A stretch of 52,838 bases of DNA from an uncultured bacterium (GTDB taxonomy: Bacteria; Patescibacteriota; Minisyncoccia; UBA6257; 2-01-FULL-56-20): the NCBI GenBank assembly GCA_963745135.1, contig CAVUWW010000013.1:1-52838 (forward strand), written 5' to 3'. Under the pieces are notes generated by a model. That model saw nothing but the letters and a program-made list of their open reading frames with translations. It had not been told where the DNA came from and did not search any database. The translations under genes and the position numbers were made by a program. Positions 1-9,030 of the stretch are shown here, one piece after another (the first letter of the stretch is position 1; every line of letters begins with the position of its first letter).

Positions 1-279
1 CGCGCACCCCTTGTGGGTCGTCGGGGCGGTGTTGCCGTTTGACGAGCACATGGAAGTGGTGAAGGACGTGCCGTTCGGAAGGCTGCTGGGGAGGGGGGAA
101 CAGCCGAACCCGGTGCTACAGCCGGCGACGGTCTCGTCGGGGCAGTACGGATTGGAGACCCAGCAGCTCGTCTGGACGCCGCAGGCGTCGTCGGCGGAGG
201 CGGGGCGGAATGAGACAACAAAAATTACGCAGGCAATGGCGATGCCCGACACGAAGAACAGCCAGAATGCCCTTCTCAT
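1..279 (-). CDS. secreted protein, 5' part only (gene runs off the window start)
   Basis: ATG at 279..277 and the frame stays open to base 1 (93 codons). The N-terminus MRRAFWLFFVSGIAIACVIFVVSFRPASADDA is signal-peptide-like and resembles the N-terminus of the next gene. Absent from the ORF track because there is no stop in the window. Confidence 0.5.
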   Translation of the reverse strand, partial: MRRAFWLFFVSGIAIACVIFVVSFRPASADDACGVQTSCWVSNPYCPDETVAGCSTGFGCSPLPSSLPNGTSFTTSMCSSNGNTAPTTHKGCA

Positions 280-299
280 GTTGGAGTTATGCGCTCTAA

Positions 300-2756
300 T
301 CATTGCGTCCCTCCCGACCAGACATAATTGCCGGCGGACGAAACCCACCAAAGGTCGTTGCCGTCCACGCTCACACCCGTAACCTCGTTCACGGCCGTGA
401 AAGTTTCGCCGGCAGTGAGGACTTCTGAACCTGCGAGCGATGCCGCCGTATTGGGCGTCGACCGGACGTAGAGCGTTGGGACAGTGACTGTCACTGTGAC
501 GGGGAAATTCGTCGCTGCGGCGGCACCCGCCGCCACCGAGAACGTGATGCCGTTCGAGGCCGCAGTCGGCGCGACGTTCGAAACCGTCCCTCCCGCCAGG
601 GCGTTTTCAATGGCATCGCATACCGTAATAGTCCCCGCGCACGCCCATTCATGCCATGCGCCGACATCGCCGCTTCCGAAAGACCCGGAGAGCGACCATG
701 AGCCGTTCGCGTCCGTCGAGCCGGAGGACGAGCCGCCCAGCTGGCCCGCCGGAGTGCAATCATACAAGTCCGCGGCGGTCGCGCCCGGATGGATGGCGCA
801 AAGGTTGAACGGCGTGTTCGGCAAAGTGGATGTCACGGTCACCGTCCACGGCTGATTCACGGCGAACTGGCCGGTTTGGCTTCCGTTGATGGAAAGCGAG
901 ATAATCGGTGCCCCGCCGCCAGCCGCGGCCGCCAGCATGAAATACGCCGGAGCGGTCGTCGCGCCGCCCGCGGTCGTCACGGTAACCGTGTTTTGGGCTT
1001 GGGACCCTCCGTTGAGCGTCGAGCCGAGGGCGGAAATGGAAACGTTGACCTGGTCCTGGGCGGAGGAGTTCGGGGCGCCGGCCAATCCCTGGTAGGTGAT
1101 GTCGCTTGCGGGCACGGCGCTCCCGTTTATCGCGACCGTGTTGCCCGACGTTCCGAAATTGCCGTAGAGGATGACATAGGTTCCCGGGGTGACGGTCCCG
1201 TCCGTATATATTCCCGTCGCGGGGTCATAACCCTGCACGGTTATGGTCGGGGCCGCTCCGGTTGTCGGCGGCGCGGTGGCCCCTCCCGTCCCGCACGCCG
1301 AGGCGATTTCGGCCTCGATGCCCGCCAACTGCTGGGCATATCCCTGGTAGACCGTTTCCAAAGTGCTCTGGATCTCGAGGGGAATGGCACCGCCCTGCAG
1401 GGCGACATTCAGGCTGTTCAGCGCGCTCGCGAGGGCCGTGAGCTGGCTTTCGATTCCGGTTGCGTCAGAACAGGTGGTTTGGGTCGGGGTGATTACCGTT
1501 CCCGTCGCCGACCCCACCGTGAACGAAATGGCGTTCGACAGCTCGTTCTGCGACGGGAAGCTGGCCCATTCGAGCCACTGCCCGGTGCTCGAGCTCTGGA
1601 ACACACCCGTACCTGTCCAGCCGCCGTTGGCGTTCGTGGTCCCCCACGGCGTGCAGCTCTGGTTGCCGTTATTGTCAACGGCGCACATCGAAAAAGCGGC
1701 GTTCAAGATGCCGGAGGTGAGCGACAGCGTCCAACTCGTGCCGGCCGGATAGGTTCCGCCGGAAGCCGCGCCGTTCAGGGCGAGGCGGGGGGTCGCCGGA
1801 GTGGTGGATACGGTTCCCGCCGATGCGGCGCTGCCTACCGTGACGGTAGCGATCTGGTCGGCGTTCAGCGCGCTGTTGTTCGTGCAATGCAGGACGAACT
1901 GGGTTGTTGTGGCGACAGAGAAAACAGTCCCCGTGCCAACGCTCGCAGTGCCCGAAATGGCCGGCGTCGGATAGCCGAGACCCGGAGAGAACTGCTCAAA
2001 CCCGTTGTACATCCGACCAATCGCGCATGAAAACACATTCTGGCAGCTCCAAGAGAGCGATACCGAGCCGCCGGAGGCAACGGTCGCGGGGTTCGCGGAG
2101 AACGTGCAGCTTGGGTTGGCGGCGTTGCCGGTGACGCCGGTGGAGGAGGTCCCGCCGCCGGGCGATGACGGAGTCGGGAGGTTCTCCTCGGGATCGATGG
2201 CCTGTTGCATCCACCGCGACTCATCGCCGCCGTCCACGTTGACGAGCGTCGAGATGAGGTATCCCGCGTTCACATCAACCCCATTCGGGAGGAGGACTTC
2301 AAAAGTCGGGGGGGCGGTGAACCCTCCAGATTGGATAAAGTCCGCTCCGAAATTCGAGGTGAGCAGCACCGAAACGCCCAGGCAGGCGGCAAGCTCTTGG
2401 GTGGCGGAAGCGGTCGCGTAGTAGGCGTTGTTGTAGTAGGTCGCCGCGCCATTCGGGGCCGTTCCGGCGACGTTCTGCTGGAGATCCAAGGAGAGGTCGG
2501 AGGCGGCGAGGGAACTGCAGGCCGTGGAGCTGGGCGTGCTGGTGGCGCTACTCAAGGACGGCACGGGAGAACAGTAATTCAAGGTCACGGTCGAGCACGG
2601 ATCTGGCGAGGACGTGGCGTCCGCATGGCGGAACGGGACGATAAAAGCCGCGCAGGCAATGGCGATGCCCGAGGCGACGAGGAGGAAAGAAAGCCGGCGG
2701 GATCTGTTCATTAGAATCATGGCCGCTGTTCGGCCGAATTGCATGATTACCTCCAT
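300..2756 (-). CDS. large secreted Thr/Ser/Gly/Ala-rich surface protein with internal repeats
   Basis: 818-aa ORF with a hydrophobic signal segment RRLSFLLVASGIAIACAAFIVPF. Two similar Cys-flanked modules each end in ..W.EWA... The C-terminus is SH3b-like (LYVRSTPN...DLWWVSSAGNYVW). Overlapping ORFs are shadow frames. Confidence 0.7.
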   Translation of the reverse strand: MEVIMQFGRTAAMILMNRSRRLSFLLVASGIAIACAAFIVPFRHADATSSPDPCSTVTLNYCSPVPSLSSATSTPSSTACSSLAASDLSLDLQQNVAGTAPNGAATYYNNAYYATASATQELAACLGVSVLLTSNFGADFIQSGGFTAPPTFEVLLPNGVDVNAGYLISTLVNVDGGDESRWMQQAIDPEENLPTPSSPGGGTSSTGVTGNAANPSCTFSANPATVASGGSVSLSWSCQNVFSCAIGRMYNGFEQFSPGLGYPTPAISGTASVGTGTVFSVATTTQFVLHCTNNSALNADQIATVTVGSAASAGTVSTTPATPRLALNGAASGGTYPAGTSWTLSLTSGILNAAFSMCAVDNNGNQSCTPWGTTNANGGWTGTGVFQSSSTGQWLEWASFPSQNELSNAISFTVGSATGTVITPTQTTCSDATGIESQLTALASALNSLNVALQGGAIPLEIQSTLETVYQGYAQQLAGIEAEIASACGTGGATAPPTTGAAPTITVQGYDPATGIYTDGTVTPGTYVILYGNFGTSGNTVAINGSAVPASDITYQGLAGAPNSSAQDQVNVSISALGSTLNGGSQAQNTVTVTTAGGATTAPAYFMLAAAAGGGAPIISLSINGSQTGQFAVNQPWTVTVTSTLPNTPFNLCAIHPGATAADLYDCTPAGQLGGSSSGSTDANGSWSLSGSFGSGDVGAWHEWACAGTITVCDAIENALAGGTVSNVAPTAASNGITFSVAAGAAAATNFPVTVTVTVPTLYVRSTPNTAASLAGSEVLTAGETFTAVNEVTGVSVDGNDLWWVSSAGNYVWSGGTQ

Positions 2757-2811
2757 TCTACCATGGTCAATCCGCCGGAGGTGTGCATAAGCTGATTCGC
2801 GTCGCTTGACA

Positions 2812-3279
2812 CTAAAATCTTATCAGCTTCTCCAGCGCGTCAATCAGCGTCGGCTGGTAATCGGTTTCCTTGAGGATGGGCTTCAGGTTTTTCTTGGCTT
2901 CCTCGACCAAATGCGCCGGCATCAGGATCTTCACCGGGGTTTTCAATTTCGCCTTGAACGTGAAGATGAGCTCGGCCCACTCGTCATCAAGATGGTCGGC
3001 GCTCCACGCCTCGAGCTGGCCGAGGGGATAGAATTTTTTGCCGTCAATCGCGAGCTCTTTCTCGGTGAGCGAGAAACCGATTTCGCGCGGCGAGCGGTCG
3101 CCCCATGAGACGAAGAGCATCTCGGCGATGACGACGAAAAATCCGAAGAGGAAATTCCGCTCCCAGACGGCGAAGGCGACGATGACGCACGCGAGGATGA
3201 TGGAAATCCAATACCACGAGACCTCCTTCTCGCGGTACTCGAATTCGGGAGCTTGCCACTCGATTGAGAATTGTGCCAT
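2812..3279 (-). CDS. small membrane protein, unknown function
   Basis: 155-aa ORF with two hydrophobic helices (WYWISIILACVIVAFAVW, FLFGFFVVIAEMLFV). A -10 box lies 6 nt upstream of the ATG. Confidence 0.6.
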   Translation of the reverse strand: MAQFSIEWQAPEFEYREKEVSWYWISIILACVIVAFAVWERNFLFGFFVVIAEMLFVSWGDRSPREIGFSLTEKELAIDGKKFYPLGQLEAWSADHLDDEWAELIFTFKAKLKTPVKILMPAHLVEEAKKNLKPILKETDYQPTLIDALEKLIRF

Positions 3280-3285
3280 GTTTGA

Positions 3286-3294
3286 AGTTTAGCA
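3286..3294 (-). promoter_or_regulatory. extended -10 box TGcTAAACT, 6 nt before ATG 3279 (leaderless candidate)
   Basis: The minus strand reads aTGcTAAACTtcaaacATG. Confidence 0.45.
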
Positions 3295-3404
3295 TAGTTT
3301 GTGGTTCTGTCATTGTGGCTTTCACGGACAAGTACGGATTTATGAACGGATTTACACGGATTATCCGTAAAAATCCGTTCTAAGATCCGTATGTATTCGC
3401 GCAC

Positions 3405-4175
3405 TCACGCTTTTGCTGCAGCCACCGCTATGATTCTCCTCGCTCCTGCCGCTTTCAGCGCGCGCGCCGCTTCCAAAAACGTGCTGCCCGAGGTCGTCAC
3501 GTCGTCAATCAACAGGATTTTCTTGCCTTTTACGGCTTCGGGATTTTTGACCGTGAAACAGCCGGACAGATTTTCGCGGCGTTCCTTGATATCTTTCGTT
3601 TCGGTTTGCGGCTTGGTGTGTTTGGTTTTCAATAAAACATCAGTTACGATCGGCAGAGAAATTCTTTCCGTGAGCTTCGCGGCGATCAAGTTGGCTTGGT
3701 TGTAGCCGCGTTCGAGTTGGCGTTGTTTGGAAAGGGGGATGGGGATGATGGTGAAGCCGGAAACGAAGACCGTCTTCTCTAGAAACACGCCATCAGATCC
3801 TCTGCAAGCCCGAGGCGCGTTCGTTGTGGAAGACGGTCTTCGTTTCCGTTCAGCCGTTCCTTCTAAAAACTTTACCATCAGCTCCGCCAACGGCTCCGCG
3901 GCCTCGCGCGCGTTGCGGAACTTCAAGTTATGGATGAGAGCTTTGAGCGCCGGATTGTTATAGGGACCGGCGGCGCCCATGAGGCAGGGGACTTTTGGAT
4001 GGCAGATTTTGAGGGCGATTGGTAATCGCGCGCCGCATTCGCCGCAGAAGAAGGCGGTGTTGATTGGGATGCCCGTGAAGCAGGCGCCGCAAATGACGCC
4101 ATTCTTGATATTTATTCCGCACCCAAGGCAGGTCCGCGGGAAGAAGATTTCGGTGAGAATTGAGGTGAATTTCAT
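3405..4175 (-). CDS. comFC: ComF family protein (phosphoribosyltransferase domain)
   Basis: Start moved to MKFTSIL (ATG 4175). N-terminal Cys clusters CLGCG..CGAC..CGECG and a C-terminal PRT motif KILLIDDVTTSGSTF. Confidence 0.8.
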   Translation of the reverse strand: MKFTSILTEIFFPRTCLGCGINIKNGVICGACFTGIPINTAFFCGECGARLPIALKICHPKVPCLMGAAGPYNNPALKALIHNLKFRNAREAAEPLAELMVKFLEGTAERKRRPSSTTNAPRACRGSDGVFLEKTVFVSGFTIIPIPLSKQRQLERGYNQANLIAAKLTERISLPIVTDVLLKTKHTKPQTETKDIKERRENLSGCFTVKNPEAVKGKKILLIDDVTTSGSTFLEAARALKAAGARRIIAVAAAKA

Positions 4176-4204
4176 GGTATGATTGTGATAATGCAAATCG
4201 GTAT

Positions 4205-4324
4205 AATGCGAATTTGCGAATGTATGCGAATGCCGCAAATGCCGAGGTGCGAATGCCGCGAATGATTCGCAAAATTCGCACCGCATTATTCGCAGCATTC
4301 GCACGCCATTCGCGGATTCGCATT
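4205..4324. repeat. inverted array hairpin, GCGAAT / ATTCGC units
   Basis: The left half holds about 6 GCGAAT-containing units and the right half about 6 ATTCGC units. The centre is gcgaatgattcgc. It lies between divergent comF and pilM. Confidence 0.8.
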
Positions 4325-4365
4325 ACGCTGGCCGATTATAAACCCATACACCAAGCGCCACCACA

Positions 4366-5451
4366 ATGCAATCTTCTTTTAATCTTTTCCGGCGCACGTT
4401 TTCCGGCTCCTGCCTCGGCGTGGACATCGGTACGACTTCCATCAAGATTGTCGAAGTGGCGGGCGGCAAGGAGAAGCCGGCGGTCCTGAACTACGGGCTT
4501 TTGGAATCGAGCGGCTATCTTGCGCGGTCGAACCAGGCGTTCCAGACGAGCAGCTTAAAAATCTTCGAGGCGGAGGTCGCGGAGCTCTTAAGGGCGCTCG
4601 CGCGGTCGGTGCGGGCCGGGACCAAGAACGCGATCGCGTCCCTGCCGGTGTTCTCGGCGTTCACGACCGTGCTCGACTTCCCGCAAATGCCGCCGCAGGA
4701 GATTGAGCAGGCGCTCATTTTCCAGGCGCGGCAGTACGTGCCGTTGCCGCTTTCGGAAGTTTCGCTCGATTGGCTGAAGGTGGGCGAGTACGAGGACGAC
4801 AAGGGTTTCGCGCACCAGAAAATATTCCTGACTTCGATTCCCAACGAGCAGATAAAAAAATACCAGAATATGTTCGCCGCAGCCGGATTGCATCTGGTCG
4901 CGCTCGAGCTCGAAAGCTTGAGTTTGGCGAGATTGTTCGGCAACGATTCCACGCCCACAATCCTCGTGGACATCGGCAGCCGCTCGACGGACATCGTGTT
5001 CCTCGAGTCCGGCAATCTCGTCTGGAACGCGCAGAGCGATTTCGGCGGCGCGTCGCTCACGCAGGCCTTGGCCTCAAGCTTGGGCGTGAACCCGCTGCGC
5101 GCGGAGGAATTGAAGAAGGAGCGCGGCATCCTTGGCACCGGCCCAAGCTATGAGTTGTCCACAATCATGCTTCCGTTCGTGGATGTTATAATAAATGAGG
5201 TGAAGAAAGCCGATTTCGCTTACCGGCAGCAGTTCCCCGCCGCGAAAAAAGCGGAGCGGGTGATGCTCGCTGGCGGCGGCGCGAACTTGCTTGGCATCGA
5301 GAAATATTTCGAGCGCGAGTTCGGCGTCCCTGCAGTGAAGGCCGCGTCCTTCGTCAGGTTCGGCTATCCGCAGGAGATGGAGCCGCTCGTCCCCGAGCTG
5401 AATCCGCTGATGAGCGTGGCACTGGGGTTGGGGATGAGGAATTTCGTGTAG
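4366..5451 (+). CDS. pilM: type IV pilus assembly ATPase-fold protein PilM
   Basis: 361 aa with an actin-like fold signature CLGVDIGTTSIKIVEV and DIGSRSTDIVF. It is the first gene of the pilus operon. Confidence 0.85.
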   Translation: MQSSFNLFRRTFSGSCLGVDIGTTSIKIVEVAGGKEKPAVLNYGLLESSGYLARSNQAFQTSSLKIFEAEVAELLRALARSVRAGTKNAIASLPVFSAFTTVLDFPQMPPQEIEQALIFQARQYVPLPLSEVSLDWLKVGEYEDDKGFAHQKIFLTSIPNEQIKKYQNMFAAAGLHLVALELESLSLARLFGNDSTPTILVDIGSRSTDIVFLESGNLVWNAQSDFGGASLTQALASSLGVNPLRAEELKKERGILGTGPSYELSTIMLPFVDVIINEVKKADFAYRQQFPAAKKAERVMLAGGGANLLGIEKYFEREFGVPAVKAASFVRFGYPQEMEPLVPELNPLMSVALGLGMRNFV

Positions 5452-5549
5452 GCATACGAATGTACGAATCGGTACGAATATACGAATAGGAAATCAAAAA
5501 AATTAATCTCCCATTCGTATATTCGTAAAAATTCGTAAATTCGTATGCC
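5451..5549. repeat. inverted array hairpin, GGCATACGAAT...ATTCGTATGCC family
   Basis: 4 TACGAAT units, a loop, then 4 ATTCGTA units. It starts at the last base of the pilM stop codon and contains the next ATG (5545) in its last 5 nt. Confidence 0.85.
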
Positions 5550-6141
5550 ACTACCGCAACAAGTCGTCGAAAAATTGAGCCGCGAGCCGATTAAGACGCC
5601 CGGATGGTCGGGCGGGGTTTTGTTCTATTCGGGCGTGCTTTTGGCCGTGGTCGTCGTCATTTACGCCGGACTTTCGTTCGTGTACGCGCCAATCCTGAAT
5701 GCGCGCATCGCGGGCGCCGAAAGCAAAATTTCCGCATTGAGCAATACGATTTCCGCGTCGGACGAGCAGCAGCTTGCCACCTATTATTCCCAGATATCGA
5801 ACCTCCGCTTGCTCATACAGAACCACATCGTCCTTTCACCGTTTTTCGCGTGGCTCGAAGGGCACACGGAAGCGAACGTCTCCTATGCCAACTTGAATTT
5901 TTCTGCGGGGAACCAGGTTGCGCTCACGGCGACCGCGCTAACGGAAGCCGACGTGAACCAGCAGGTCGCGATTTTCCAGGCGGCGCCGGAAGTGAAGATG
6001 GTGAATGTTTCCAACCTTTCGTTCGTCGCGACGAACAATATGTGGCAGTTCAGTGTGTCCCTCGTGATGCAGCCGTCAATGTTCACGTGGCAGCCGCAGG
6101 GCGGCGCGGCGACAGGATCGGCGACGTCGAGCGGGCAGTGA
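5545..6141 (+). CDS. PilN-like single-pass pilus assembly protein
   Basis: 198 aa with one N-terminal TM helix (VLFYSGVLLAVVVVIYAGL) followed by a coiled region. It sits directly after pilM. Confidence 0.55.
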   Translation: MPLPQQVVEKLSREPIKTPGWSGGVLFYSGVLLAVVVVIYAGLSFVYAPILNARIAGAESKISALSNTISASDEQQLATYYSQISNLRLLIQNHIVLSPFFAWLEGHTEANVSYANLNFSAGNQVALTATALTEADVNQQVAIFQAAPEVKMVNVSNLSFVATNNMWQFSVSLVMQPSMFTWQPQGGAATGSATSSGQ

Positions 6142-6148
6142 TGAAGAA

Positions 6149-6201
6149 GGGTCTGGGGTCTAGGGTATAGTGAACCCCAAACCCCAAACCCCAAACCCTA
6201 C
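6149..6201. repeat. inverted array hairpin, GGGTCT/GGGTAT vs ACCCCAA units
   Basis: Sequence gggtctggggtctagggtatag-tg-aaccccaaaccccaaaccccaaaccctac. It fills the gap between stop 6141 and ATG 6204. Confidence 0.8.
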
Positions 6202-6203
6202 TA

Positions 6204-6812
6204 ATGAAGCAATCTTCAAAAAGATTAATCAGTATGCTCCTCGCCCTCGTCTTTTTGGTTGCCGCGTTCATCGGTTTTTTTGACTTCATCCAGCCAGCCT
6301 ACGGCAACATCGGGAACCTGCGGGGCGAGGCGTCCGCGGAACAGCAGCTTTTGACGACGCTTACGGCGACCGTGCAGCAGGCGCAGGCACTTCTCAGCTC
6401 GTACGGCAGCCAAAGCTCGAGTACGGCGGGAATTGGCATGGTTCTGCCGGCGGGGACCGACGTGGCTGGCGCGTTGGCGCAGGTGAACGGCATTGCGACG
6501 GCCGACAATCTCACCATTACCTCGATTGCCGTTTCTACGCCGGTGCTCCAGACGCAGCCGGCCACAAGCGTTTCCTCGACTTTAGCGACCGCGAAGCCGG
6601 CGGGCGAGTTCTCGCTGAAGATCGCGGCGACGGGAAGCTATGAGAGTTTCAAAAGCTTCCTGTCGGACATTGAAACAAACATCCGGCTGTTCGACGTGGA
6701 GAGCGTTTCCCTGCAGCCGGTCGCCGCCGCCGCAGCTTCAGGGAAAAGGTCGGTGTCCGTGGACTATTTCACGTATAATATAGTGGCGCAGACGTATTAC
6801 CAGACCCCTTAA
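6204..6812 (+). CDS. PilO-like pilus assembly protein
   Basis: 202 aa with an N-terminal TM helix (LISMLLALVFLVAAFIGFF). Assigned from its position in the pil operon. Confidence 0.5.
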   Translation: MKQSSKRLISMLLALVFLVAAFIGFFDFIQPAYGNIGNLRGEASAEQQLLTTLTATVQQAQALLSSYGSQSSSTAGIGMVLPAGTDVAGALAQVNGIATADNLTITSIAVSTPVLQTQPATSVSSTLATAKPAGEFSLKIAATGSYESFKSFLSDIETNIRLFDVESVSLQPVAAAAASGKRSVSVDYFTYNIVAQTYYQTP

Positions 6813-6816
6813 AGAA

Positions 6817-6902
6817 GGGTATGGGGTATAGGGGATAGGGTATAGTGAAGAAATTCCGTACCCTATACCCTATACCCTATGCCCTATGCCCTATACCCTA
6901 CC
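6817..6902. repeat. inverted array hairpin, GGGTATR / ACCCTAT family
   Basis: Left arm gggtatggggtataggggatagggtatag, loop tgaagaaattccg, right arm (taccctat/gccctat) x6. The ATG at 6904 follows 1 nt later. Confidence 0.85.
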
Positions 6903-6903
6903 A

Positions 6904-7203
6904 ATGGCAATCATTGTCGAAGAGGAAAAAACAAGCTCGGGGATCATCAGCTTTTTGGGCTGGGCGTCCATCATCGCGATCCTCGCCGTTGCGGCGTATT
7001 ACGGGTTCCTTGCGCCCGCGCCTCTGGTGGTCGTAGCCCCTCCCGCCGATTTGAATAACTTGCTTTCCATTTCAAGCGCCGGTTTGAACGCAAACAGTAT
7101 TTTGCAGGGCGCTGAATTCCAATCGCTTGCGCAACACGTGCCGGAGCCCTCCGCCACCGGTCCTGCGGGAGTCGGGAGAACGAATCCGTTTGTGGCTCCG
7201 TAG
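6904..7203 (+). CDS. small membrane protein in the pilus operon
   Basis: Start moved to MAIIVEEEK (ATG 6904), directly after the hairpin. One TM helix (IISFLGWASIIAILAVAAYYGF). Confidence 0.5.
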   Translation: MAIIVEEEKTSSGIISFLGWASIIAILAVAAYYGFLAPAPLVVVAPPADLNNLLSISSAGLNANSILQGAEFQSLAQHVPEPSATGPAGVGRTNPFVAP

Positions 7204-7204
7204 T

Positions 7205-7293
7205 AATCGCGAATATCGCGAATGAGCGCAAATAACGCGAATAAAACAAAACCACCATTCGCATTATTTGCTTTGATTCGCGTTATTCGCGAA
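7205..7293. repeat. inverted array hairpin, CGCGAAT / ATTCGCG units
   Basis: Left arm aatcgcgaatatcgcgaatgagcgcaaataacgcgaat, right arm attcgcattatttgctttgattcgcgttattcgcgaa. The ATG at 7301 is 7 nt downstream. Confidence 0.8.
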
Positions 7294-7300
7294 CACTCCT

Positions 7301-9025
7301 ATGACCGACGACCAACTGCTTGAACAGCTCCAGCGGCAGAACCTGATCACGCCTCCTTTGGTCACGCGGCTCAAACGGGATGCTTTGATCAAGATGCGGC
7401 CGGTCGAATCGCTTATCGAGGACGAGCGCCTGGTGCCGAGCGAGAAGATCGCGGAATTGAAAAGCCAGATCATGAACGTGCCGTACCAGAAAGTGGATCC
7501 GGCGAGCGTGACCGCCGAGCTGCTCGAACTGATTCCCGAAGACACGGCGCGCACGTACGGCGTCTTGCCGCTCGCGTTGCAGGACAACCTGCTCGTGGCG
7601 GGCATGGTGCACCCGGATGATTCAAAGGCGCAGGAAGCATTGAAGTTCCTCGCGCGGCGCGGCCATTACAATCTGGGCGTGTACGTCATTTCCTTCGGCG
7701 ACTGGCAGGCGGTCTTGCGGAAATATTCGCCGTACCGCACGGAGATCGCGCGCGCGGTGCAGTCGCTGAACATCAAGGAGGGATCGGCAATGCAGAAGTC
7801 GGTGAGCCTGGAGGACGCGATGGCGGGTGATGAGGCGCCGGTCATCCGGATCGTCGCGGACACACTGAAGGAAGCGGTGTTCAGCAAGGCGTCGGATGTC
7901 CACATCGAGCCGCAGGAAAATTCCGTGCGCGTTCGGTTCCGCAACGACGGCGACCTGCACCAAGTGGCGTCGCTCCCGCCGGAGCTTGGCCAGCCGGTCA
8001 TCTCGCGGGTGAAGGTGCTCTCCCAAATGAAGATTGACGAGACGCGCACGCCGCAGGACGGCCGCTTCCGCTCGCGCATTCTTGACAAGGACATTGATTT
8101 CCGCGTCTCGACCTTCCCGACGCCGCTCGGCGAGAAAGTGGCGATCCGCGTGCTTGACCCGGCGACGGGGCTGAAGGATTTTTCGAAGTTGCCATTCCTC
8201 TTTAGAAACGCGGAAATCGTGAAGGAGGGGCTCGAGAAACCATACGGGATGATTCTGATCACGGGGCCTACCGGCTCCGGAAAAACGACGACGCTCTATG
8301 CGTTCCTCCAGCAGATGAACAAGGAGGACGTGAATATCGTCTCACTTGAGGATCCGGTGGAATATTTCGTCGCGGGCGTGAACCAGTCGCAGGTGCGGCC
8401 GGAGATCGGCTACGACTTTGCGTCGGGCTTGCGCGAGATTGTGCGGCAGGATCCGGACATCATCATGGTCGGTGAGATTCGCGACGCCGAAACCGCCGGG
8501 CTCGCCGTGCAGGCGGCCTTGACCGGCCACATCGTGCTCTCGACTTTGCATACCAACAACGCCGCCGGCGTCATCCCGCGCCTCACGGATTTAAAAGTGG
8601 AACCATTCCTACTGCCAGTGTCGTTGAATTTAATGATCGCACAGCGCTTGCTTGGCGTTTTGTGCGACAACTGCAAGGCGGCGGACGTGGCGCCGGAAAG
8701 CGTGCAGAAAATAATCAAAAGCGCGCTCGCGAACCTGCCCGAGGAAGTTACCAAGGAATTTCAGGAGCCATACAAGACCTATCATGCGAAGGGTTGCAAT
8801 GTTTGCAAGGGCAAGGGCATTCTCGGCCGGACCGCGATTTACGAGGCGTTCCACATGAGCCCGCAAATGGAGGAGCTGATTGCCGCCGGGACGCCGACAG
8901 TCCAGAAGATCATGGCGGAAGCGAAGCGGCAGGGTATGCTCACGCTGCGGCAGGACGGCGTGATTAAGGCGTTGCGGGGGATCGTGTCGATCGAGGAGGT
9001 GGCTAGGGAAACGGAGGAAGTGTAG
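7301..9025 (+). CDS. pilB: type IV pilus assembly ATPase PilB (GspE family)
   Basis: 574 aa with Walker A GPTGSGKTTT, a GspE N-terminal domain and a tetracysteine motif CDNC...CNVCKGKG. Confidence 0.9.
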   Translation: MTDDQLLEQLQRQNLITPPLVTRLKRDALIKMRPVESLIEDERLVPSEKIAELKSQIMNVPYQKVDPASVTAELLELIPEDTARTYGVLPLALQDNLLVAGMVHPDDSKAQEALKFLARRGHYNLGVYVISFGDWQAVLRKYSPYRTEIARAVQSLNIKEGSAMQKSVSLEDAMAGDEAPVIRIVADTLKEAVFSKASDVHIEPQENSVRVRFRNDGDLHQVASLPPELGQPVISRVKVLSQMKIDETRTPQDGRFRSRILDKDIDFRVSTFPTPLGEKVAIRVLDPATGLKDFSKLPFLFRNAEIVKEGLEKPYGMILITGPTGSGKTTTLYAFLQQMNKEDVNIVSLEDPVEYFVAGVNQSQVRPEIGYDFASGLREIVRQDPDIIMVGEIRDAETAGLAVQAALTGHIVLSTLHTNNAAGVIPRLTDLKVEPFLLPVSLNLMIAQRLLGVLCDNCKAADVAPESVQKIIKSALANLPEEVTKEFQEPYKTYHAKGCNVCKGKGILGRTAIYEAFHMSPQMEELIAAGTPTVQKIMAEAKRQGMLTLRQDGVIKALRGIVSIEEVARETEEV

Positions 9026-9030
9026 GTGGA

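Noticed and set aside
484-2714. Many 60-413 aa ORFs on both strands inside 300..2756, such as 789..2030 and 2205..2714. Similar stacks lie inside pilB, relA, secF, the GH125 gene and others.
   Set aside because: These are Arg/Pro/Gly-rich shadow frames of GC-rich genes. Each is fully overlapped by a longer ORF with recognisable domains or a signal peptide.
5451-5549. The short tandem arrays throughout the window could be mistaken for CRISPR arrays.
   Set aside because: The units are 7-10 nt with no 25-40 nt spacers. The arrays come as inverted pairs, and no cas genes are present.
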